A stretch of DNA of 64,000 nucleotides from positions 53,940,001 through 54,004,000 of the forward strand of contig NC_043004.1 of NCBI RefSeq assembly GCF_006345805.1, in the 5' to 3' direction. Of the stretch, positions 1-15,092 are shown in pieces. Made by a program: the position numbers and the translations under genes. The first letter of the stretch is position 1. Each line of letters opens with the position of its first letter. The notes below the pieces were generated by a model. That model ran no database searches. It was not told the DNA's origin and saw only the letters and a list, made by a program, of their open reading frames with translations. This DNA is from Octopus sinensis. Its lineage: Eukaryota.

Positions 1-372
1 TTCGCTATCTTGAAATTGGTATTGTGGACTACAATCTCACGTTTCAATTAACAAGAACACATGTTAATTACCAAAAATTTCCACGTTAATTTAGCATGTA
101 ATAACGTTTGCGACATTGCACCTCTATTCTGAAGCATGATTTTTAAATCATTATTATTGGGTTATTTGTTTTCAAAAGACCTTTTCCTTTCTGTATCTTA
201 TTAATTTTTGTCTGATGGTGTTAATACTCTCTTTCTATTATTTCCTCAATTTAACTCACACATTTCTTTGTTCGGGGTGATTATAATTGTGAAAAATCCT
301 GCACATTCTCATTTACTTGTATTATTAACAGAATCAATTACTATTATTAAAAGATTTCATTATTATTATTAT

Positions 373-403
373 TATAAATAAGAACAAGAACAATAATAAT
401 GAT

Positions 404-480
<77 letters not shown>

Positions 481-646
481 ATAATTATGACATTTATCAA
501 ATTTAATTCCGACGATAGAAATCTGCACTAATACAATTTCAAAACCATAACACGATGGCGCCAACTGAAATAACAGATGTAATCAAAGAGAGAGAGATTA
601 TAATCACAGCGATGCAGACGAGTAATTCATAGCAACAGTTGCAATA

Positions 647-726
<80 letters not shown>
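373..726. repeat. Two (AAT)n microsatellite tracts (about 373-490 and 645-726)
   Basis: Directly visible tandem AAT arrays. Confidence 0.95.
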
Positions 727-1023
727 GTTTCTTTTATCGGCCACAACAGCACAAGTCATAGATGACAGTATCAAAGGACGATTTACAATGCACAAAAGCT
801 GGTAGGATTTCAAATCGATCAAAGGGAGATCTACCACATTAAATGATATAATAAAGTATATATAAATACTTGTCAGAGAAATAAACCATTAATAAATAAA
901 AATTTAAGATTCCAAATAGCGAGGCAGTCCTCTTTCTTTCTGCATTACAGAAATATATTCTGTGTGAGTGTGTAATTTCTCTGGGCGGTGCTTATATTTG
1001 AGACATTTGTAGGTCGGAGAGTG

Positions 1024-1300
1024 TTATCGATTTCTGTATAGTAAGTTGATGCTCTTGTGGCAGTCGTGAATTTTGTATATTACCTTATCTATTAATTTTG
1101 TAAACCGGGGGGTTTTCATCTGTAGCAATAACCATTTTAGCCATTTTAAAATGTGGCGCGAATTGGCAATATGACGTAATGTCTTTGCCGAAGAATTATC
1201 ATTTTCGTTTTTTTTCCATTGGTTAATATAACTGCTCATATAAAGATTCTAGAAGTTTCGTAAAGAATATCTGTCATGAATTTCGATTCTTTTTAGTCAA
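1024..1300 (-). mobile_element. Penelope-like element, decayed GIY-YIG endonuclease C-terminal remnant
   Basis: Minus ORF NSSAKTLRHIANSRHILKW...PRFTKLIDKVIYKIHDCHKSINL and an upstream off-frame YETSR resemble the PLE pattern GETSR...S.L..H....H...W...R...ES.YI...SIN. Recognised from memory only. Confidence 0.45.
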
Positions 1301-3722
1301 GTTGAGCAGTTATAAAAACCCTGGATTTTGGAAAATATTTCAGTGTTCGTTGGTGACACGGAACTCCACGTTACTCACTCTTTTGGAGACATCGGTAATT
1401 TTTATGCCATGTCTAAGTTAATCACAAATCTATTTTGATTTGTTGGTTAATGTATTAGATAGAAAGAAGAACTTAGCTAAGGAATTTATAGTCATTTTTC
1501 TTCAAGACAAAGTTATGTTTCTTACTGTAAATAATATAAAATGTTATATTTATATAATAAAAAATAATTAAAAAGAAAATGTTTCTCTTCACGTTTGTTT
1601 TTTAACTGAGCATCGATAAATATGCATTTCTGTAATCTTTGATTTATGTTTCTTATAGCGGTTTAAAGGACACAATTAAAATATTCAACATACATGTCAT
1701 TTGCGTATATGTCTATATGACGTTATAACTGTAGTTAGGGTTTATAGGTATAATGATAACACTTGTGTATAAGTGACGTTGAATCATTATATTCTCCCTT
1801 ACTCAGAGAAAAGACAAATAAAATAATATAACCTAAGAGAAAGCTTAAGGTAGAATAACCGAAAACCAGAGTTTACTTTTGGACAAATGAATATGTGTTT
1901 GTGTGTGTCAATTTGTTTTTACTAAAAAGAAGTGAAGTGTGTGTGTGTGTGTGTGTGTTCAGTTAGGTAGCTGCTCTCGCCAGGTTAGTATACTATTTTC
2001 TAGATTTTTGTGCGTGGTGAGTGCTTTTATTTACTTATTTAAGTAATGTTTCTCTCCATCTGTTGTGCGCATGTCCGCGCGTATGTACATAGTCTTTCTG
2101 CTGATTATTTTGAATAGGTTTATTTGATGAAAGTAAAACTGAAAAGAAACTTAAGCGGAAGTCCGACTAGCTATTTTGGAGGGATTTCTATCAGGAAATA
2201 AAAACATGTATTTTCTACTATTTACTTATACATGTATATACATGTGTGTGTACCTGTGTGTTTCTGTGTGTGTGTCTGTTTGTGTGTGTGCATCTGTGTG
2301 TGTCTGTGTGTGTATGTGTTTTGATCTGTCTGTGTGTGTGAGTGTGTGTATGCTTGTGCGTGTGTGTGTGTGATCGAGAGCTATAGAATGGTTAATCTGG
2401 TACTACTACAGTTGTTTCATAAAGAGTCTTTATTGTGACGTAATAGTTATAAGTCAGTTATACAAAATGCATAACATCTATATTATAGTAAAGATTGTTT
2501 GCCAGCATTACATGGCAGCCCTGGTTTAGGACTAATGTTGCTGTAATTTAGCCCCGGGTAATTTAAACCAGGACTGGTTATGTTGGCATACAATCTTTAC
2601 TACAAAGTACTCCTACTGAATATCTAACGTTGTGAGATTTTAAAAAATAGTAATTTTCTAATCTATAATAAGGAATTCATCATGAAGCTCTCATCCCACC
2701 AAGTCTACCAACTATACAAACTGATCAACAACTGATCGTCGTATTAAATTTCTAATGTTTGTTAGAAACATTTAAGAAATTTACAGTTGGTGGTACTACA
2801 ATCTGCTGTTTAGCAGAATGAGGTTGTACGTTAAAAATTAGGTAACAGGTAATTCTATTTCAAACGTGTTAGGAAACATAGAGACCTTGCGTATAAAGGC
2901 TGGTACTGGCTAAACAAGATTGTATACCTGTAAAGTGTAGGCAGTAGTCATAACATTTGACTGTGAGAAAATATATGTGAAGACAGTTTCAAAAAATCAA
3001 ATAAACATTCATAGTGCTATATTGTTTATTACATTAAAGGGGTGATATGTTTAATGATTGCTTTAGCAATAAATTTACTTAATTCCTCGTTATGAAAATT
3101 GGTCTGATTAATTATAGCAGAAATAATAGACGAATAGTTTAGTTAAGGGAGATGGAGAAAATTATGATTTAGGGAAAAAACTGAGAATAGTGAAGGTAAC
3201 AATGGACTTTCTTCCAATGACTCATTTTGTGCTATGATAATGCATTACTTACCCGCCAAGAAAACAGTTGTGACGTGCTTCGCTAACAATGTTTATGACG
3301 GACGAGTATCAAGTGAGTGTTCAGTATATGTAGATGATATGCTGCGCACTCAGTTTCAATAAAAAAAAATGAAATAACATATATACGTGTGAATGCGAAT
3401 GTGTCTGTATGTAAAATTGTACTAGAATATCGGGACACTAGCAGTGAATAAGTGTTTTGGTGGTGTGAGTAGGTGACGCAGTATAGCTTTAAGGCCCATT
3501 CTTTAGTTCTTGCTGATTGCTCGCATCAAATTACGTACCAGGTGGGTATTATTGTAGATAGGTTTCCTTCTACGTAACACAGCGTCACTGGCACCTTGGT
3601 TTGGACGATCGAGACAGCTAATGACAACATACGCACCTAAAATAATTAATAAAAATACAGTAAAACCTATAATGCCATACACACCTAATGGTCAGAGCTA
3701 CCCTATATATTAATAAACTTAA

Positions 3723-3953
3723 GGCGGTGAGCTGGCAGAATCGTTAGCACGCCGAGCGAAATGCGTAGCCGTATTTCGTCTGCCGTTACGTTCTGTGTTC
3801 AAATTCCGCCGAGGTCCACTTTGCCTTTCATCCTTTCGGGGTCGATAAATTGAGCACCAGTTATGCACTGGGGTCGATGTAATTGACTTAATCCCTTTGT
3901 CTGTCCTTGTTTGTCCCCTCTATGTTTAGCCCGTTGTGGGTAGTAAAGAAATA
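3723..3953 (+). mobile_element. tRNA-derived SINE, family A (tail type 1), full length with 16-bp TSD
   Basis: A-box-like TGGCAGAATCGTTAG and B-box-like GTTCAAATTCC; many paralogues in the window; TSD TATATATTAATAAACT at 3704-3719 and 3954-3969. Confidence 0.9.
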
Positions 3954-4029
3954 TATATATTAATAAACTCATTTGCTCATTATTTACTCATTTACTCATA
4001 TATTTACCTGTGTGTTTGTGCATGCATTA

Positions 4030-6185
4030 CACTGGCCAAAAAAAGTATTGTCTCCTATCCATACAGATGGTGCTGTACTAAACTAAATCGAGAACGTTGA
4101 TTCCGAATCTGAACTCCGAATTGCTGTAGCACGTCAGGTGTTTGATAATTATATATTAATTATTATCAGGAATGGTTAACTTCAAGATAAATAATTATAA
4201 TAATAGGGTATTACTGTATATAGTATATTTATGATCAAGGCAAATAGTATTATAGTATAATGGTACATAGTATATTTATGTTAAGGGAATACTCATTTTA
4301 TTTTTTATATTTTCAGCTCAGAAATGTCTGAGACACTTGTTCTTGCGCTTATGTTTCGTGCTGGTCTCCATTTATATGAACCAGCGGTAGTCAGCCATCA
4401 TGTGTGGATTGAACTGGCCTTGATACTTCGTTTCCATCTCAGATATGGCCTGGTAGAACCTCTTACCATGCTCATCACTAACGGCACAAAGATTCGTTGT
4501 AAAAAATCGAGATGAGAATGCAAGACGTGCATTTTAAGGGACGTTCGGCATCCCAGTCTTTTATACGCAGTTAGCATATTGTTTATTAAATCAGCATAGT
4601 GTTCAGCCCCATGGTTTCAAGAAAATTCTATTCAAGTAGCACGAATAAATCCAATATCTTCAGATGAAATGGATTCAGTTTACCTCTGAATTTGCTATTA
4701 CACATCAATTCTCTGAACTCGGGTGCAATGAAAATGCCTGCTTTCAGTTTTTCAGTCACTTTTCAATGCAACAAGTGTTACTTTTAGGTACTGAAAGTCA
4801 CAACCATCGTGTGTTTTGCTTTTACGAAGTTTTTCATAAGGCCGAGTTTGATGTGAAGGGGTGAAAGGAAGATCTTTTGCGGGTCAACCAGTGACATATG
4901 CTGCACATTGTACCGACCAACTGTGCGCTGATCTCTTTCAGGACAGTCTCTTACAGTGTAATGATTGCTGTTGTTGCGGCTGTTCCAAACAAACAAGAAG
5001 CACATATTTTTGGTATATCGAAGCTCCTATTTTTAGGGGAGCACATATTTTTGGTATAACGCAGTCCTGAGCGGAAGAAAGTCACCTTTAAATCACTACA
5101 AATTTTCTACTTTTGAACTGAGTAATTAACTCCTTTCAGAATGAGTTCCATCTATTCATAAGCTTCCATTCCAGTGGGTCATGTTGACCCACAGGAATGG
5201 AAGGTTTTTCATTACCATTATGTAACAAAACAAATTTGAGACTAACCTTACTCGAGTCTATAAACAATTTTCATTCGTTAGCCACATGCAGATGTCCTAG
5301 TTTTCGCATCAGTGCATTAACGTCAGTACAGAAACAAACATTATTTTCTTGCTTGAAAAATACTGATATGCCTTCATGGCGGGAACAAAAATTGGAAATT
5401 TTCGTACTTTACTGTAGGAGATACTGAATCCCAAAACTACTGCCTCCTCCTTTGACAATGCCAGGTTTCTTACTAACTCGTTCAAATTTTCTTGATTAAA
5501 CAAGCGTGGCTCAGTTTTCTTCGAAACAACTAAGTACTCTTCGACGATAGGAGAATCAGGGAGTTCATCGTGCGATGCGTCAAAGTTTAAAGTGAATCAT
5601 GTGAGAGGGGAACTGAGAGAGAGTTCTCAAAGTCATGTCGGTTTGAGAGCCGTCTTACAATCTGCATACATAATTTTTGTTTAGGTTTTCTTTGACAAAC
5701 CACTAATATTAGTCACGCAAAAGTAACAATAAGAGACATGATTGGTTGGCACACGCCATACCATTGGTTCAGCAAAACGCATTCCCTTCCGTTTTCCATT
5801 CAGCCACTGTGTAAACCCAGAGTAACACACGGTACAATAAATATGACGTGCTCACCTCTTCTCTTAGACCCCAACTTTATATCCGAAGTAATAATTATAG
5901 GCAGTTTTTAATCTGTTGACAATGTTCTACTGCTGGTCACGCGGAGCAAATTGTCCTCAGACATAACAAAAGTTGTCTGGGTAATTCACACAGCCACTCC
6001 TATTTTAGAAAAGTTTATAATACAGCCTATATCTAGCCGGAAGTGTAGTTATAATCTTGCGCATGCACATAACTCGAAATCCAGACGTGCTAGAACCATT
6101 CTGAGGGCGCATTTGGGATCAGCATCCTCGATTTGGACTAAAACACATGATTTTACCCCAGCAGCAAAATCTTTGTTGCCCAGTG
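4030..6185 (-). mobile_element. Complete decayed Chapaev3-type (CMC) DNA transposon, 2156 bp
   Basis: TIRs CACTGGCCAAAAAA (4030) and the reverse complement CACTGGGCAACAAA (ending 6185) match at 12 of 14 positions; TTA flanks both ends (4027-4029, 6186-6188); transposase remnants lie between them. Confidence 0.85.
4325..6005 (-). pseudogene. Chapaev3-like transposase pseudogene with stops and frameshifts
   Basis: Motifs in expected order on the minus strand: CVNYPDNFCYV; AYNYYFGYKVG; QWLNGKRKGMRFAEPMVWRVPTNH..CYFC; CFLFVWNSR; LVDPQKIFLSPLHIKLGLMKNFVKA; NLCAVSDEHGKRFYQAISEMETKYQG. Confidence 0.85.
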
Positions 6186-6199
6186 TTATTTATGTGAAT

Positions 6200-6420
6200 G
6201 TATAACGTGTGTGTGTGGGGGGGGGGTGCGTGTGTCTCTATCTCCCTGTGCGAGAGTGTGTGTGACTATGAAAGGTGGGTATGTGGGTATGTGGGTAGAA
6301 AGGAAGAGAAAAAATTATATTGATGATAATCTCCGTAATGGACATATTAACAAACCGGAATTTTTAATACAAAATTTTGTTATATATATTGTATTCATAA
6401 CCCTGTCAAGAAATATATAT

Positions 6421-6484
<64 letters not shown>

Positions 6485-7088
6485 TGCATGTATATTTGTT
6501 ATGTATGTGTATATATGTATGTATGTTATGTATGTATGTATGTATATATATATAATATATATATATATACATATATATATGTGTGTGTGTATGTGTGTAT
6601 GTATGTATTGTATATATGCATATATATATGTATGCATTTATATATATATATATATACAAACACACACGCACACACACCACACACAGACAACCCACTCACA
6701 CATACACCACACACGCATACAAACAAAAACACGCAGACACATATAGATGTATAGACATGGACCTATACCTATGGATAGACATACATGTGTGCGCACACAC
6801 ATAATATCCGAATTATAAAACAATCATCCTTAAGAAGAGAATGAAATCAAGCATAACCTGTTTATACATCATTCTTGTAATACATAACAATACACACTTG
6901 CACACACGCGAACACACACACACACACACAAGTACACACATATGTGTGTTTGCGTGTGCGTAGTGTTTTGTATGTGTGTATATATGTGTGCGTGTACGTA
7001 TGTGTTTTTCTGGAAATATATATACTTAAACCCAAAGTGCATAAATGCATATGTATATATGCATACATAACTATATGAATGTGTGTGC

Positions 7089-7129
<41 letters not shown>

Positions 7130-7209
7130 TGTATATATATATATGTACCTATATATGTGTATGTATATATGTATATAAATATATACATATATGCATGTGT
7201 GTATATATA

Positions 7210-7254
<45 letters not shown>

Positions 7255-7333
7255 TATATACATACACACACATATATATATTATATATATACATATATAT
7301 ATACATATATATATAATATATACATACACACAC

Positions 7334-7364
<31 letters not shown>

Positions 7365-7823
7365 CATACACACACATATATATATATATATATAAAACAT
7401 CGTTGATTAAAACTGATAGATAGATACATTCCTGCATATATGCATATGTTACAATAACAGAATTATATAACAATAAACTCTGGCAGGCAAAAGAAATCAT
7501 TAGAGATCTGTATATCTATTATTCTATACTCTACGCATTTGAACAATGAAATAACAATATTAACAAGCTACTTCCATCCCAGACTGATTGATTTCAAGAG
7601 TTCTATCTAAAGGAATCTTTTTACTATAAGCGATATAATCAACAGCTTTATTCTTGTAATGTCGCTCGTAAAATATTTATCAAAAACAGTTAATAAAACG
7701 TCAATGAAGCGCAGAATCGCCATTTTACATTTAGCTTTCTTTAATGTTTGCCAAAATAGGTCGGCTATATTTATTACTAGATATATATACAAACACATAT
7801 ATGTATATATATATACAAAAGTG

Positions 7824-7901
<78 letters not shown>

Positions 7902-8060
7902 CAGTATATATATTTACATATATATGTATTCGTATATATATATATATATAATATATATATGTTTGTATATATATATGTGTGTGTGTGTATGTATGTATGT
8001 ATGTATGAATATAAACACATACTTAAACATATATACATACATTTATGTATGTGAGTATAC
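6200..8060. repeat. Compound microsatellite field (TA/CA/GTAT)
   Basis: Long dinucleotide and tetranucleotide tracts that account for the YI/CV/HT-rich ORFs. Confidence 0.95.
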
Positions 8061-8249
8061 AACCTAAGTATTAAGATTTATACACGCAAACTCCGAAATG
8101 CATAAGTGTATATACGTAATATACGTACAGATGTGTATGTATGTACATGAACATGTGTGTGTATTACTGTTCTATGTATATTTGTTTATATGTGCGCAAG
8201 TGTTTGCTCATATGCATATATGTAAACGAATGCATGCTTATGTGTATTT

Positions 8250-8257
8250 GTACTACA

Positions 8258-8289
<32 letters not shown>

Positions 8290-8795
8290 AACTAATACTA
8301 ATACTAATACTACTACTAATACTACTACTAATACTACAAAAAAAAATTATTATAACGATAGTAATAAAAATAACGGTAAAAAGCAAACAAGATGAGGAGG
8401 GGAGGGGTAAAAGAAGGGGAGGAAGAGAATAATGGGAGGAGGAGCGGCGGAGGAGGAGAAGGAGGTGAAGAAGAAGAAGAAGACGAAGAAGAAGAAGAAG
8501 AAGAAGAAGAAGAAGAAGAAGAAGATGATGAAGAAGGAGATGATGAAGAAGAAGAAGATGATGAAGAAGAAGATGATGAAGAAGAAGATGATGAAGAAGA
8601 AGATGATGAAGAAGATGAAGAAGAAGAAGAAGAAGGAAAGGAAGAAGGAAAAGAAGAAGGAAAAGAAGAAGAAGAAGAAGAAGAAGAAGAAGAAGAAGAA
8701 GAAGAAGGAAATGAAGAAGGAAAAGAAGAAGAAGAAGAAGAAGTAGAAGAAGAAGAAGAAGAAGAAGAAGAAGAAGAAGAAGAAGAAGAAGAAGA
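8250..8795 (+). repeat. Compound (TAC/TAA)n plus (GAA/GAT)n trinucleotide array
   Basis: Directly visible; produces the spurious poly-T, poly-E and poly-K ORFs; source of the inverted copy at 15208-15792. Confidence 0.95.
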
Positions 8796-10279
8796 TATGT
8801 TTTGAAATGATATTTATTATGATAATGATGATAACACTTATAGTGTAGCAGTTAATGGTTTTAGTGTTAGAGGTGCATAACCAGAATACATTTTATTTTC
8901 ATCCCATTTTGGAAAGAACAGCAACTACAGAAATAAAAACGAAAACGTTGCATCCGAAATCTTTGGAAGGAAATTGCGACGTAGTTTAAAGTGTTAAAGA
9001 AAAGAGCAACAAAGAAAAATCAATAACAAGGAATAGAATATAATACTAACGGAGAATTGAAACCATGAGAGAGAGAGAAAGAGAAAGAGAGAGCGATGAA
9101 AGCGGAGTGAGAGACGAAAATAGCAGAGGGAATGAGAGAAAGACTAAACGGAAGATAAAAAGAGAGAAGTGGGGGGGGGGCGATGAAGAAATGTAACCGA
9201 AACAAGAACACAAGAGAAATAATCAATCTTTTAATTGTGCTCTTTTATGATGTGGAATTACATAGACGCAAGGTTATAGGGTCGCAGCTTCAGAATATTC
9301 GGTGATGGTGGTGATGGGGGTTATTAATTGTTTGTTTTTTTTGAAGTGAAATGCCACAGGAGGGACATACAGACAAATAGTGTCACTAAGTATTAAACCT
9401 AGTTGCATAAACTTAACTATTAAGATGTTCCAACTGGCACTCCTTGGACTGCATCGTCTTTCTCTATTAAATCAGTACCTGTATTGTCTCACGTAGATTT
9501 CTTTATTTAAGATGCTATAATGTACGATAGAAAAAAACATGTTAAAATCATTATATCCAGGAGCTCGAGCTACAGAATAGATACTATTCCATTATATGTA
9601 AGCGTTTTTCGATAACATAGTAGCATGAGATTTAGATCATCATCTGATAGTACACACTATTAAAAAAATTTCAATTTCAAATTTTAATAAACGTTATTTT
9701 TATCGTGTAATTAGAGGTACCATTCAGAATTCACCGTAAACTGCAGGTTTGCCATGACTGGAATAAGGACACTCATTGGTTCGTTAGCGTTATTTCGAAC
9801 TCAAACAAGTGGTCATAACGTGTTGGTAGTCGTGGGAAATAAGCTGCCGCAATTATTTCGAATAATGTCACTGAATAGTAATTACAATAATTCATATTGA
9901 AATGAAAAACAAGACAAAAAAAAGCTGAAAAAAAAACGCAACCTTGTGGTTTGTGATTATATACGGGAAAAATGTTTGTCTTTTGCAACCCTGTTAACAT
10001 TGAACACTGTCGAATCGTGGTTCGAACTTTTGTCATCTTCCTTATTACTAGCTCAATTTACAGCCAATATTACAAGGATATTTCTTTGCCAATCATATTA
10101 CCTATTTCACCAATAGTTTATGATATTAAATATGAAAGTGTTTCATCATGAACTATCGATCTGGTCAAATATAATAGATTCATCTCTCTTAATTTCATAA
10201 CCGTTTAACCATTTATAAATACAATTCTATACACCAAAGTGCTTAGTTCAGTTGAAGCACAGTCTCTTGTCTTGACTAT

Positions 10280-10319
<40 letters not shown>

Positions 10320-10924
10320 ATAGTTTATATTTAAACACATAAGGAATCCACTTATAGGGATTCTACATGCTAGAAAGAACAGCTAGATTCTATAACCACA
10401 AAAATTAGGGATAAAATTTGACAGGAAAAAATTTAGAAATGAAAAAACATTTACCATCTAGTTTCCTGGACCAATTGATTTCTGCTTTGATATGATTATA
10501 TATATATTCCTTCCTCTGTCTGTGAAATATTGTATCCCTGCCGTAAGGCTTCATTTTCACACACGCCAGCTTGATTTATTTCGTCTTTAGTCGAAAGAAG
10601 CCTGTTGTTATGTCCTGTTATAATTTTTATTGCATTTGTGTAACATGGTCCGTTTTTTCCCGTCTTTGCTTTTGTATATATTCGCTGCTTTCTTCCAAGG
10701 AATCTAATGCTCTTAGCTTAGTATTTCCTTAGGGCTGGCCAGATTGGAGCAATCTCGAGCATAACAAGCCGAAATTGCAAAGATAATCTGGAACTCGATT
10801 GGGGTGAGAAAACTCCAAATGACCCGTCCTTGTTTTCTTTGTATCGTCTATCTGGATATTTTGTTGTTCCTTTTTTGTATCACCTAACGTTCTGGATATT
10901 TTGCGTTCTTGTCCCATTTTGTAT

Positions 10925-10958
<34 letters not shown>

Positions 10959-13483
10959 CGTATGTATGTATATATATATATATATATATTTACATACATA
11001 TATACATATATATATGTGTGTGTATGTATGTGTATATATATATACATAGATGCGTGTGTGTAAGTGTGGGTATTTACATATATAGTAAATATTTGAGAGT
11101 GACTTCGAAGTTTTGCATTAGCTGCATTAGTCACATCGTCAGTCATGCTTTGCTTCAAGTGGATTGGTACACATCTCGTTGACCCAACGATAATAGACCT
11201 TAAACTGAAAATGTATCTTGGATACTGGATTTTGAATCCCTTTTTCACTGATCCATAGACGTTTTGTTTGTCCTATATATTGCTGACCACGTTATTGTGC
11301 AGATGGCTGCTGATATCCACAACAGAAAATATTTCTTTTTCTCCCGCTCCCACACAAGAATATGTGACCGCAAGCATTTTTACTTGGTCACTCTTTTTAT
11401 TTTAAAATTCCATCAATATATTTTTCTGCTATCGGTTTCAGTATGTATGTATGTATGTATGTATGTATGTATGTATGTATGTATGTATGTATGTATGTAT
11501 GTATGTATGTATGTATGTATGTATGATTGTATGTATGCGTATGTATGTATGTATGTATGTATGTATGTATGTATGTATGATTGTATGTATGTGTGTGTGT
11601 ATATATATATATGTATGATTGTATGTATGTGTTTGTATGTATGTATGTATGTGTATGTGTGTGCAATATTTTGTAAATATTGCCAGCAGACTTCTTATAT
11701 CTCCACTATTCAATGTATTTCTGTGCGACGACATTTTCGTGGTAACCAAACTGATGACAGAGAAGGGATACTCGGTCAAACCCAAGAATTTCTCTTCGCA
11801 TTTTATTACTCGTGTGGATGTCTACTTTTGTGAGTATTTACTTATATTTTGTTTTTGTTTTTTTTGTATTGTGTTTTGGTCCATACTATAGATTGTTATG
11901 GTATATTTTAGAGAGAAAATGGTATCCTAGGTACGACTGGAATAATCCATGATTGAACTCATTTATATTTACATCATTGCTTTTGATACTTTGCGAACCT
12001 CAAATACAACAGGGTGCTTGGGATTCTTCTGTTTTCCCTTTTTTAATATCGTGGAGTTTTCTTTACGTTTAACCTTCACCAGTTTTAGTCATTGACCAGA
12101 GGCCATACTGTTCATAGACTTGAAAATTGACATAACTGATGACGCTTACAAAACTCCAACTGGTTCGTTCTTATCTATATTTCACTTCTCTGTTTTTTTT
12201 CAAAAAATATACGTTTGTTCATTCCCCTAAATACATCAATGTTGGGAAAAGAAAGAGAATTTATAGAGTAGCAACAACTAGTGAGTGTGTTTATATGCAC
12301 TTTTATTTATTTACACAATATAATAGCATTTTGTTTTAAATATACAGTTCCAGATTAAAATTCTTTCAAAGCAAATTCAAAAACAATCGCTTTCTTTAAT
12401 GTTTTCTCTATATAATTTAATTGTTTTGGTGGTATTATGTATAACTACTAGTATTTTACATGTGTGTGTGTGTGTGTGTGCAATTTGTGTGCTGGTAAAG
12501 CGGCAGAGAGTTAGTTGTTACTTTAAGTCTATTCTTCTGAAGTTAGGAGTTTGTATAATTTATGTTAGGTTTGCGTAGTTACTCAGTTCGTCAGGAAGAA
12601 TAGTCAGATGACGTCAGTGCGGTGTCATCTGTTGATTGGACAATGTCTATCCCTTGAGAACGTTTTAGTGGATTGCCTGACTGTAGGATTAGATGTGTGT
12701 AAGAATATGAGGATTTCTTGCTTTTCTAAATTCTGTCATTGGTTGTAAGATAATTTGTAGAAACAAGTCCATGAAGGAGCCTTTCCAGCATCGTACTATA
12801 TTACCGAAATACTTGGCAAATCTCCCACAAATTACATCTCATTTTAAAAAATAGAAACATGCCATATTGACACTTGTAAGATGCGAGATTTTCAGCACTG
12901 GGCGCAATTCGGAGACGTGGGATCGCATTAAAATTATAAATACAATTTTTTCAGATGTTCGTATTTATATTATATAAATATTTTCTCTATCTCTTAGTGT
13001 TGTGTTTAAATATAAGGCAATTATGCGTAGTTCCTAAGTTTTCAGTCCGTAATAAAATATAAAAAATATTTCTATCTCAAAAATGTTAATACCACAATGA
13101 TTACAAAGACGTGTGTGTAGCGTGAGTGTGTGTGTGAGAGCCTCTGTGTGTGTGTATGTGTGCCTCTGTGTGTGTAAGTGCGCACGCGCGTCGGTGAATG
13201 TTTGCACACGATACTTATACAATCAAAATCCTGTTATATCAAAATATATATCTATGTTACAGGCAAAGGACAAAAAATAACCAATGTCGCTATAATGTGA
13301 TCTCTGCACACATCATTTTATGTATCCAAATATGTGTGTGTGAGTGCGTGTGTGTTTGTGTGTGTGTAAGTGTAAGTATACATATATATATATATATATA
13401 ATATATATATATATATACATACATACATATAAATATATATACACAAGTAAATGCGTCTGTCTGCTTATGCGTGCATGTAAACA

Positions 13484-13530
<47 letters not shown>

Positions 13531-13641
13531 GTATTACATGTATATACGAATATATAAGTGCGTGCGGGGCGAGTGCGTGTACGCGTGTATGTGCATATAT
13601 ATATACATATATATTTTATATGTGTATATATATATATATAA

Positions 13642-13688
<47 letters not shown>

Positions 13689-13723
13689 TGTATATATATA
13701 TATATATAATATATAATATATAT

Positions 13724-13759
<36 letters not shown>

Positions 13760-15092
13760 CGTACAATGCGTACATCTATGTATACGAGTGTGCATGTGCG
13801 TAGTTATGTATGCATGCATTGAAGAAAAAAAAAGACATTAAAACATTACTACTACAACAATGAAAATTCTATAAGATACTATACACCGCACCAATGTTTG
13901 GAAACTAAATCTATTTCTTCAGAAGAGATGAAAAACAAATCCGCAGTAGACATCGTGGTGCTTTCCTGCTCTAAAGCTAGTACACAATTATTAGTCAATC
14001 TGTCCCGAAATTACCATTTTTTTTTCTTATTTGTTTGCACCACGCCATCTTTTTCCGTTGGTTTCCATATTTTCTTTTTTGTCATTATTGGTGTTTCTCC
14101 TCTATTTTTCGCAATTTTATTATAATTATTATTTTCTTCACCTTCTTATAAGTATTCCATCTTATATGTTTCTATGGCAACAATTTTCTTCTTCTGCATC
14201 TAATAATTCTTAGATATTTTTATTTGTTCTTTCTAATGCCTTTGTCTTTCACTGTTGTTTTTTCTCTCTCTCTCTTACTCTCTTATCCTCCCTCTCTTTC
14301 TCTCTCTCTCTCTCTCCTTATTTCTCTTTCTCCGTCTCTCCTTCTTTCTCTCGTCTTTTGTTGCTGCTTTTATTTTTTTATTAGCTCTTTACACTTTATC
14401 TTGTCCTCGTTAATTTTCTTCGTGATTGTTTTTGTTCTATTGTATACTATTTTCTTTTCACTATTATTTTTGTTGTTACCATTTCCGTTTCTACTGTTGT
14501 TGTTGTTGCTGCTGCTGTCATGATGTTATTGGAGTAGTGGTGTTGGTAGTCTTGTAGGCGTGGGGTGGCTGGGTGGCTTTCTTATGCTTCGTCCTCTTAA
14601 TCGACTTTCCTTTGTTGTTTGTTTTCTCCCATTTTCCTTCTCCATTTTATTGTACTCTTCATTTTTTTACGCCTCCTTTCTCATTTTACTCCTCCTTTCC
14701 CCCTTCTCCTCCTCTCCTATTAATTCTTTTCTTTTCTTTCTTTTTTACCATATCTATATTAGTCCTGGTCATCGTTGACTTCATCGTCATCATCATCATC
14801 ATTATTAGTAGTATCTTAGAAACCTAATAGTGGATAAGAGCAACGATTCAAGGCGTCGGTGTTTATGTATTAGCTGGTCTAATTCGGAGGACTTCTGGAA
14901 ACAGTACTTGCATAAAAACATATGAAAATCTTTGACCTGGTAGTGTTACTGAGGAGCATTGGCGGTTCGAGATGAACTCCGAAGGCACGGAAGCGCCGCC
15001 AGGCGAGGCTGCCCGAAATGCGCAATCTCCACGCACCGTTGTAGTGTCCAGATATTGCTAACTTCTGGAGTTGTGTTGGACAGCTGATATCA

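Noticed and set aside
8392-8805. 137-aa poly-Glu ORF (and its twin at 15169-15492) as an acidic protein
   Set aside because: It is a (GAA)n array open in several frames with no splice context; the twin is explained by the inverted duplication.
10520-10920. Other partial CTGAnGA or GAAAC motifs (near 10535, 12590, 20955, 24990, 30250, 44080) in possible Penelope-like repeats
   Set aside because: In each case one core half or the flanking stems are missing, and such short motifs occur often by chance.
11690-11829. Candidate exon (LLISPLF...KGYSVKPKNFSSHFITRVDVYF, donor GTGAGT) with vague resemblance to Cys-loop receptor or piggyBac sequence
   Set aside because: Poor acceptor, resemblance too weak, and no partner exons identified.
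12600-12640. TGACGTCA (CRE) next to ATTGG (reverse CCAAT) as a promoter
   Set aside because: Short motifs with no linked TSS, CpG island or downstream exon.
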